A stretch of DNA of 64,000 nucleotides. Source: Pseudomonadota bacterium. Its GTDB lineage: Bacteria; Pseudomonadota; Gammaproteobacteria; Burkholderiales; Burkholderiaceae_C. Position numbers and translations under genes: made by a program. The notes beneath the pieces are model-generated. The model was not told the DNA's origin, did not search any database, and saw nothing but the letters and a program-made list of their open reading frames with translations. Position 1 is the first letter of the stretch. Each line of letters opens with the position of its first letter. Shown here in pieces: positions 21,735-28,140 of the stretch. Where the stretch lies: contig JAKAXL010000004.1 in the NCBI GenBank assembly GCA_021816585.1, positions 49,964-113,963 of the forward strand, given 5' to 3'.

Positions 21735-21758
21735 GGAAATTTCCTACATTTTTAGGAA
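21735..21758. promoter_or_regulatory. Overlapping dyads GGAAATTTCC and TTCCTA-N6-TAGGAA abutting the hipB start
   Basis: Read directly: GGAAATTTCC at 21735-21744 and TTCCTAcattttTAGGAA at 21741-21758. The layout recalls HipB operators (short half-sites separated by a spacer). Confidence 0.35.
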
Positions 21759-21866
21759 TTTTAGTCTTAGAGCTGGAGTTACGCAAGCAGTATGCCTGCA
21801 AAGGTAGGCGTTTTTGGCTGGGTCGCGGACTGCAGGCCGCCACGCCTATGTTTCTAGGCTTTCCTG

Positions 21867-22037
21867 GTGTCCCATGCGGTGTTGGTGTCTGGTCCGGGCA
21901 ACCATCTGGAAGCCTTGAAAGATGACCGAAAGGGCCAGCACAGCATCCGCATCAACGACCCGTGGCGGGTGTGCTTTGTCTGGAAGGGCGACGGCGCCCA
22001 CCAGATCGAGATCGTGGACCATCACCGAGAATGGACG
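21867..22037 (+). pseudogene. higB: N-terminally truncated HigB-type (plasmid maintenance killer, RelE/ParE superfamily) toxin remnant
   Basis: Only the C-terminal part (PGNHLEALKDDRKGQHSIRINDPWRVCFVWKGDGAHQIEIVDHH) is present. An in-frame TAG lies 4 codons upstream of GTG 21867. There is no stop before higA, so the remnant reads through in frame. Confidence 0.55.
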
Positions 22038-22343
22038 ATGACCAAGCTACTTGACGAGATCCACCCCGGCGAGGTGCTGCTGGAGGACTTCATGAAGCCC
22101 ATGGGAATCAGCGCGCGACGACTCGCCGCCGACATCGACGTGTCGCCCAGCCGCATCAGCGAACTGGTGAACGGCGCTCGTCCGATCACGGCCGACACGG
22201 CGCTGCGCCTGGGACTGTTCTTCAGCATGGAGCCTCGCTTCTGGTTGAACCTGCAAAGCGAGTACGACATGCGGATGGCCGTGCGCGAGACGAAAGCGGC
22301 CATCGAGCCGCGCATCCGCGTGTTCCACGCGGATGCCGCTTGA
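22038..22343 (+). CDS. higA: HigA-family HTH antitoxin
   Basis: 101 aa from ATG 22038 (IHPGEVLLEDFMKPMGISARRLAADIDVSPSRISELVNGARPITADTALRLGLFFSMEPRFWLNLQSEYD). Confidence 0.8.
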   Translation: MTKLLDEIHPGEVLLEDFMKPMGISARRLAADIDVSPSRISELVNGARPITADTALRLGLFFSMEPRFWLNLQSEYDMRMAVRETKAAIEPRIRVFHADAA

Positions 22344-22406
22344 TGACCTGCAGCGTACCGATCGCTCCAGCGCCCGCCCCGGCCCTCGTCCTAGGGAAAC
22401 TACTCT

Positions 22407-22438
22407 GAAATGTTGATATACGCATATTCATAATTGTC
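22407..22438. promoter_or_regulatory. AT-rich promoter/operator candidate upstream of the MA+CZB gene
   Basis: gAAATGTTGATAT-ACGC-ATATTCATAATTgtc: the 12-nt arms match 8/12 as an inverted repeat and the ATAT inner arms match perfectly. It contains a CATAAT -10-like hexamer (22429-22434). This is the only AT-rich patch for kilobases. Confidence 0.3.
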
Positions 22439-22500
22439 GGATTGGAGCCCGGAATCTGTCGGATGCCCCTCGGCCCCGGGCCCCGGGAGCGCAATGCAGG

Positions 22501-23715
22501 TTGTCCGACATCCACCACGCCATCATGTCCCCTTCGTGGATCGCCCCGCTCGTCACACCGGCTTTGCTGCTCGTCCGGGGCGATGGCGGCGACTGGAGCG
22601 TCGCCGGGTGCAACGCCGCCGCCCGGGAACTGGGCCTGCGCGCCGGAGTCGATGTCTGCGCCGACCCGCTGGCCTGCAGGGTCGGTGCCGGCAGTCTTCG
22701 CGAACTGGTCGCGCAGGTGGGCGAGGCCGACTCCGATTCCCTATGCATCGAGGGGGAACTTGGTCGCCTGCCGTGCCGCATTCACCTTTCGGCGGCGGGC
22801 GCGGCTCCCGCGGGGGGCTCGACCCTGCTGGTGCAGATCCACGACCTTTCGTCACGCCGCTTCGCGGAAACCGTGAGCCGCGAGATCATCAACCTTGTCA
22901 ACGGGTCGGGGCGAGTGCTGGGGCAGACGGCCGACAAGCTGCACGCGACGGTTCACGGTGTGGAAGCCGGGCTGCGCACCACCGAGGCCAGCCAGACCGA
23001 CAACAGCGTGCACGTCGGAGCCATGGAGCAGCGGGTCAAGGAGATCCTGGCGATCGCCGGGGACATCCGCTCCATCGCGTCCCAGACCAATCTGCTGGCG
23101 CTCAACGCGGCGATCGAGGCGGCGCGGGCCGGCGAGGCGGGCCGCGGGTTCGCCGTGGTCGCCGACGAGGTCAAGAATCTGTCGCAGCGAGTCCAGGGGG
23201 CCACGCTGCGCATCGGCGACATCGTGGATGCCGTGCAGACCGTCTCCGGGAGCATGCGCTCGGCGTGCCAGGCCTCGATGCGCTCGGTCGAGGAGTCGCG
23301 CCAGCTGCTCGACGGGTCGGAATCGGACGTGTCGCGGATGCGCTGCGTCTCGCATGTGTCGAGCCTGCGCGCGGCCATGGGGGGGCACCGTCTGTTCGTG
23401 TTCCGCGTGCAGGGCGACCTGGAACGCGAACGACCGGCCATTGCGCCCGAGAGCCTGGCCACGCACCGCAGCTGCGGCCTGGGCGAATGGTATGAAGCCA
23501 ACCGCGGCACCGCCCTCGGCGAATTCGCGAGCTTTCGCAACCTGGAGGCGCCCCACGCACGGCTGCACGACAGGGTGCACGAATTCGCGCGCCTGCTGCA
23601 GTGCGGGCAGCGCCAGGCGGCGCTGGAACTCATGGGCACGATCGAAACGGACCTCGCCGCCACGCTCCGGGCGGTCGAGGAATTGGTCGGCGACATCGAA
23701 CGCCGACTCGGCTGA
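22501..23715 (+). CDS. Soluble chemoreceptor-like protein: N-terminal sensory region + MCP signalling (MA) domain + C-terminal CZB zinc-binding domain (TlpD-like)
   Basis: MA hairpin tip [42 protein letters not shown] signature [10 protein letters not shown] followed by [12 protein letters not shown]. No TM segment is seen. The start is uncertain (TTG 22501 or ATG 22525). Confidence 0.75.
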   Translation: MSDIHHAIMSPSWIAPLVTPALLLVRGDGGDWSVAGCNAAARELGLRAGVDVCADPLACRVGAGSLRELVAQVGEADSDSLCIEGELGRLPCRIHLSAAGAAPAGGSTLLVQIHDLSSRRFAETVSREIINLVNGSGRVLGQTADKLHATVHGVEAGLRTTEASQTDNSVHVGAMEQRVKEILAIAGDIRSIASQTNLLALNAAIEAARAGEAGRGFAVVADEVKNLSQRVQGATLRIGDIVDAVQTVSGSMRSACQASMRSVEESRQLLDGSESDVSRMRCVSHVSSLRAAMGGHRLFVFRVQGDLERERPAIAPESLATHRSCGLGEWYEANRGTALGEFASFRNLEAPHARLHDRVHEFARLLQCGQRQAALELMGTIETDLAATLRAVEELVGDIERRLG

Positions 23716-23747
23716 CGGGCCGCCCGCATCGGCCGGCGCGTGCGCAG

Positions 23748-25133
23748 ATGACGTCATCCCGCAACCTGTTCCGCACACTGTGGCTCGGCATGGCCCTGCT
23801 CGGGCTGGCGATCGGCGCCGCGTTCCCCTTCGTCATGCTGCGCACGGGCTTCATGGCGCCCTCGGAGGTCCGCCCTCCCTTCATCGTCGCGGCGCTCTGC
23901 GCGGGGCTGGTCGCAGGGGGTATCAACTTCGCGCTCGCCGCGTCGATCGTGCGGCCGCGCCTGCGCATCCTGGCAGCGCGCATGGAGGCGGTGCGCGAGG
24001 CCCTGCGCCAGGCCGCCTTCACGGGAAACCGCGCGCAGTGGGATCCCGAGCGCAGCGTGGTGCCGGAGCATGGCGACGACGAACTCGGGGTCGTCGCGCG
24101 CAACTACAACGCCTTGCTGCGCGGTCTGCACGAGGCGCATCAGGTCGAGGAGCGCATCCGCGGCTTCACGCAGGCGCTGTCCAGCGAGCTCGACCTCGCC
24201 GAGTTGGGAGTGCGTGGACTCGACCTGCTGGTGCGCAACGCCGACGCGCAGGGCGGCGCGATCCTGCTGGAGCGCCACGGCGACTGGAAGGTGCTGGCCA
24301 GCCAGGGCCTGCGCGGCGCCGAGCACATCGCGCGCGGCGCCGCCTTCGCCGATGCCTGCCGCAAGGGGCAGGGCAGGCGCATGGCGCTTGCGCCGGACGT
24401 GGCGGTCGATGCCGTGCTGAGCGAATTCCGGCCGCAGGACGTGCTGCTCGAACCGATTCGACACAACGGCATCGTGCTGGGTTGGCTGATCCTCGCGTCG
24501 TCTGCCGAACTGGCCGAGGAAGCGCTCCGCCTGATCCCCGTCCTGCTGCAGGGTCTGGGGCTGGCCCTCAACAATGCGCTGTTGTATGACGACCTGCAGC
24601 GCGTGGCGGCGCTGGACCCGCTCACGGGGGTGTACAACCGCCGCTTCGGGCTGCGGCGCCTCGACGAGGAACTGGCGCGCGCCGCGCGGGCCCAGGCTCC
24701 GCTTGCGTTGATCGTGCTGGATCTCGACCACTTCAAGCAGGTCAACGACAGCTTCGGCCATCTGGCGGGCGATCGGGTGCTGGTCCATGTGGCGCAGTTC
24801 TGTCTCGGCGTGCTGCGCGACGGCGATCTGCTGATGCGTTATGGCGGCGAGGAGTTCGTGGCCATCCTGCCGGGGGCTTCGCTGGCCGATGCCGCCGCGG
24901 TGGCCGAGCGCATCCGCTTCGGCGTCGGCGCCGCGCCGCTCGAGACCGACGCGGGAATGATTGCCATCACGGTGAGCATCGGCGTCGCGGCCTGCCCGGG
25001 CGACGCGGCCGTCGATCCCGAGGCCTTGCTGGACGCCGCGGACAAACGCCTGTACATGGCCAAGTCGGCCGGGCGCAACCGGGTCGTCGCGAGCGCGCAT
25101 GGTCAAGGCGTCGGCAGCGGGCAGCGCGTGTGA
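23748..25133 (+). CDS. Membrane-anchored diguanylate cyclase (2 TM, HAMP-like linker, GAF-like domain, GGDEF)
   Basis: 461 aa from ATG 23748, 32 nt after the MA+CZB gene. It has two N-terminal hydrophobic helices, the GGDEF domain (DPLTGVYNRR...RYGGEEF) and an RDGD I-site (RxxD) five residues upstream of GGEEF. Confidence 0.85.
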   Translation: MTSSRNLFRTLWLGMALLGLAIGAAFPFVMLRTGFMAPSEVRPPFIVAALCAGLVAGGINFALAASIVRPRLRILAARMEAVREALRQAAFTGNRAQWDPERSVVPEHGDDELGVVARNYNALLRGLHEAHQVEERIRGFTQALSSELDLAELGVRGLDLLVRNADAQGGAILLERHGDWKVLASQGLRGAEHIARGAAFADACRKGQGRRMALAPDVAVDAVLSEFRPQDVLLEPIRHNGIVLGWLILASSAELAEEALRLIPVLLQGLGLALNNALLYDDLQRVAALDPLTGVYNRRFGLRRLDEELARAARAQAPLALIVLDLDHFKQVNDSFGHLAGDRVLVHVAQFCLGVLRDGDLLMRYGGEEFVAILPGASLADAAAVAERIRFGVGAAPLETDAGMIAITVSIGVAACPGDAAVDPEALLDAADKRLYMAKSAGRNRVVASAHGQGVGSGQRV

Positions 25134-25134
25134 T

Positions 25135-25159
25135 GGAATAAAACCCCGCCGAGGGCGTA
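25135..25159 (+). promoter_or_regulatory. Candidate ECF-sigma-type promoter (GGAAT-N16-CGTA)
   Basis: GGAAT at 25135-25139 and CGTA at 25156-25159, with a 16-nt spacer. It lies about 77 nt upstream of the first gene of the NTF2-like/ECF sigma/anti-sigma cluster. Confidence 0.4.
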
Positions 25160-25235
25160 CATGGGGGTGTGTCCGGACGGGGGCTTCCGACCCGTGGGCA
25201 TGCCATTTCCCTTCTCCGTCACCCAGGATCCCGCC

Positions 25236-25682
25236 ATGAAAGCTCTCCGCAAGCTGTACGTCCCCGTCGTCGCGCTGGCCCTCGCCGGCACCGCGGCCAG
25301 CGCCTACGCCGCGTCGCCGGCGCAGATGGCGCGCACCCGCATCGCCGACATCGCGGCCGGCAAGGTGTCCGCGGTGATGGCCGGGTACGGCGCCGATCCG
25401 GTGCTGGAGTGGGTCGGCGGCCCGCTCAACGGCCGTTACGTCGGGGCCGACAAGATTCGCGCGGTGTGGGCCAAGTTCGCCAAGGCCAACCCGATGCTGA
25501 AGGACTCGATCAGCCACGTCAGCGTGGCGGCCAACCCGGCCGGAGCCACGGTGAGCGCCGACGTGCGCTTCGTCGGCAAGGCGACGATTCCGGTGCGCTA
25601 TGTGCTGACCTACCGCGCGGGCAAGCTGGTCGACGAGGTCTGGCAGATCGATCCGAAGCTGGGCAAGGCCGGCGGCTACTGA
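25236..25682 (+). CDS. Secreted NTF2-like (SnoaL-like) protein
   Basis: 148 aa from ATG 25236. It has a signal peptide (MKALRKLYVPVVALALAGTAASAYA) and a body resembling NTF2/SnoaL folds (YGADPVLEWVGGPLNGRYVGADKIRAVW...VRYVLTYRAGKLVDEVWQID). Confidence 0.6.
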   Translation: MKALRKLYVPVVALALAGTAASAYAASPAQMARTRIADIAAGKVSAVMAGYGADPVLEWVGGPLNGRYVGADKIRAVWAKFAKANPMLKDSISHVSVAANPAGATVSADVRFVGKATIPVRYVLTYRAGKLVDEVWQIDPKLGKAGGY

Positions 25683-25711
25683 TCGTCACGGCCACGCGCG
25701 CTGCGCGGTCC

Positions 25712-26242
25712 ATGGCTTCCCGCGAACTGCTGGTCGAGCAGATCCCGCACCTGCGCCGCTACGCGCGCGTGCTGCTCGGGCATGCGCGCGTCGACGAGGC
25801 CGACGACCTGGTGCAGGACACGCTGGAGCGCGCCTGCGCCAGGTGGTCGCTGTGGCAGTCGCAGCGCAGCCTGCGGCCGTGGCTGTTCTCGATCATGCAC
25901 AACCTGTTCATCGACCAGCTCGCCGGGGCGCCTGCGGCGCAGGCGCTGGACGAGGTCGACGAGCCGCAGGTGGCGGCGCAGCAGGAACTGCGCCTGGAGG
26001 CGCTGGGCATGCTGCGGCTGGTGCAGGAGCTCACGCTGCCGTTGCGCGAGGTGGTGCTGCTGGTGTGCGTCGAGGGCCTGGCCTATCGCGAGGCGGCGCA
26101 GGCGCTGGGCATTCCCATCGGCACCGTGATGTCGCGGCTGTCGCGCGCACGCGCCCAGTTGCAGCAATGGACCCAGCATCCGACGCCGGCGGGCGCCGCG
26201 GCGCGGCCCGCGTTGCAGGTCGTGGCTGGGAGCACGCCATGA
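25712..26242 (+). CDS. ECF-family RNA polymerase sigma factor
   Basis: 176 aa with region 2 (DDLVQDTLERA, PWLFSIMHNLFIDQL) and region 4 (LPLREVVLLVCVEGLAYREAAQALGIPIGTVMSRLSRAR). Confidence 0.85.
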   Translation: MASRELLVEQIPHLRRYARVLLGHARVDEADDLVQDTLERACARWSLWQSQRSLRPWLFSIMHNLFIDQLAGAPAAQALDEVDEPQVAAQQELRLEALGMLRLVQELTLPLREVVLLVCVEGLAYREAAQALGIPIGTVMSRLSRARAQLQQWTQHPTPAGAAARPALQVVAGSTP

Positions 26243-27030
26243 AGCATCCGCAGCCCCTCGGCCCCGACGAGCTGGTCGCCTACATCGACGGCGAACTCGA
26301 CGCGCGGCGTCGCCGCGAGATCGAACAGATGGCGCGACAGGACGCCGCGCTGGCGCGGCGCATCGAGGCCTTGCGCGAGCAGACCCTGAAGCTGCGCCAG
26401 GCCTTCGACCCGCTGCTCGACGAAGCGGTTCCGGCGCGTCTGCTGCGCGGCGTGCGCCCACGCCGCGCGCCGTGGGCGCAGGCGGCGATGCTGGCCGGCG
26501 TGCTGGCGCTGGGGGCCGTCGCCGGCAGCCTGGCGACGCGCCTGGAGCCTGCGCCGCGCACCCTGCTGGCGCAGCTCGCGCCGGATCGGGTGGAGCATTT
26601 CGTGCGCCAGGCGCAACTGGCCTACTCGGTCTACACGCCGGACCCCAGGCGCCCGGTCGAGGTGCGGCAGCGCAGCGCGCTGGTCACCTGGCTGAGCCGG
26701 CGCATGGGGCGCGACATCGCGGCGCCGCAGCAGCTGCCCTATGGCCTGCAGCTCATCGGCGGGCGCCTGCTGCCGGGCGCGCCGCGGCACCCGGCGGCGC
26801 TGCTGATGTACCAGGACGCCGGCGGGCGGCGGGTCACCGTGTACCTGCGCGCCATGGCCGATCCGACCGCGACGACGGCGTTTCGCATCGTCGCCGACGG
26901 CGACGTGACCACGCTGTACTGGGTCGACCGCGACTGGGGCTACGCGCTCAGCGGCGAACTTCCGCGCGCGCAGCTGCTGCGGGTGTCGCGGGCCTTGTAC
27001 CGATGCTACTCCGGGAGCTGCTCCGGCTGA
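26239..27030 (+). CDS. Anti-sigma factor (single-pass membrane protein)
   Basis: ATG 26239 overlaps the sigma stop (ATGA). It has an N-terminal anti-sigma helix region (DELVAYIDGELDARRRREIE), one TM segment (WAQAAMLAGVLALGAVAGSLA) and a periplasmic domain. Confidence 0.7.
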   Translation: MKHPQPLGPDELVAYIDGELDARRRREIEQMARQDAALARRIEALREQTLKLRQAFDPLLDEAVPARLLRGVRPRRAPWAQAAMLAGVLALGAVAGSLATRLEPAPRTLLAQLAPDRVEHFVRQAQLAYSVYTPDPRRPVEVRQRSALVTWLSRRMGRDIAAPQQLPYGLQLIGGRLLPGAPRHPAALLMYQDAGGRRVTVYLRAMADPTATTAFRIVADGDVTTLYWVDRDWGYALSGELPRAQLLRVSRALYRCYSGSCSG

Positions 27031-27131
27031 GGCGCGCGGGCGCCGCGGCGTGACAAAGCCGGGCAGGCGTGAAATAGTTCGCGGCAGCCTGCAGCCGATC
27101 CTGCTAGCTTCGGGCCGGGAGGATTCCCGGC

Positions 27132-28118
27132 ATGCACAGCCGGTCACGTTCGAGCCCGGGAGGGGCCCCTGTGATGAGCCAATCGAGCACCCCGCAGTCG
27201 TCCGAGGTCGCGCAGCGCCTGCGCGACGACGTGGGGCAGTTGCCGATGCTGCCCGCGGTGCTGCTGCGGCTGTCGGCCCTGGACCCGGAGCAGGCCTCGT
27301 ATTTCGACGAGGTGCTGCGCCTGGTGCATGCGGACCCGGGTTTCGCGGTGCGGGTGTTGCGCATGGCCAACTCGGCCGGAGGCGGGGCGCTCAATCCCTC
27401 GCCGTCGATCGACATGGCGCTGATCCGCATCGGCGCGCGCTCGGCCGTGGAGCTGATGCTGGTGGAGGCCACGTCGCGCATGTTCCCGAGCAACGAGCGC
27501 TGGCAGCGCGACCTGTGGGCGCATTCGATCCTGGTGGCGAGCTACATGCGGCGCCTGGCGCCGATGGTGATCGACGCCCGGCTCGACGCCAACCAGGCCT
27601 ATCTGGCCGGCCTGCTGCACGACATCGGGCGCTTCCTGATGTTCGGCATGTTCCCGGATGCCTTCGAGATCGTGGAGGACGGCGCCTGGGGCGGGCCGCA
27701 CGACCTGCTCGAAGCCGAGATGCAGGCCTGCGGCTGCACGCATACGCAGCTGGCCTACCTGGCGATGACCCGCTGGGGGCTGCCGCAGTCGCTGGCGCTG
27801 GCCGCGCGCGACCACCACCGCGACGAGCTCGGCGCCGACGCCGCCAGCGACGAGCAGGTGGGCCCGCTGGTGAGCCTGCTGCGCGACGTCGACTGGCTGG
27901 CCGTGCGCGTGGCGCGCGAGGGCCTGGCCTGGCTGCAGCAGCCGCCCGAGAGCTGGCAGGAGCTGGCCGCCACGCGCATGCACTCGCGCTATCGCGGGCG
28001 CCCGGAGGACTGCCTGGCCACGCTGCGCTCGGCCACCGTCGAGGCCGGCCGGCTGCTGCGCGCGCTGGGCATGGACGACAGCGCCTTCGTGCCGGCGGGC
28101 TCGCAGCGGCCGGCGTAG
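27132..28118 (+). CDS. HDOD-domain signalling protein
   Basis: LPMLPAVLLRL...DPGFAVRVLRMANSA...LWAHSILVA...AYLAGLLHDIGRFLM. An alternative start at ATG 27174 also has an SD. Confidence 0.75.
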   Translation: MHSRSRSSPGGAPVMSQSSTPQSSEVAQRLRDDVGQLPMLPAVLLRLSALDPEQASYFDEVLRLVHADPGFAVRVLRMANSAGGGALNPSPSIDMALIRIGARSAVELMLVEATSRMFPSNERWQRDLWAHSILVASYMRRLAPMVIDARLDANQAYLAGLLHDIGRFLMFGMFPDAFEIVEDGAWGGPHDLLEAEMQACGCTHTQLAYLAMTRWGLPQSLALAARDHHRDELGADAASDEQVGPLVSLLRDVDWLAVRVAREGLAWLQQPPESWQELAATRMHSRYRGRPEDCLATLRSATVEAGRLLRALGMDDSAFVPAGSQRPA

Positions 28119-28140
28119 CGCCGGCCCGGCGCGGCCGCGG

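Noticed and set aside
21867-22343. Treating the 158-aa ORF as one normal protein.
   Set aside because: It is a composite of a partial HigB C-terminus and a complete HigA. The two were split into a remnant plus higA.
20008-22440. Calling the tRNA-adjacent islet a mobile_element feature.
   Set aside because: No integrase, transposase, conjugation gene or flanking direct repeat of the tRNA 3' end could be found. It is reported only as a compositionally distinct TA islet.
27050-27079. A sigma-70 promoter for the HDOD gene (TGACAA ... ATAGTT).
   Set aside because: The -10 match is poor and several alignments are equally plausible, so it is not supported well enough to list as a feature.
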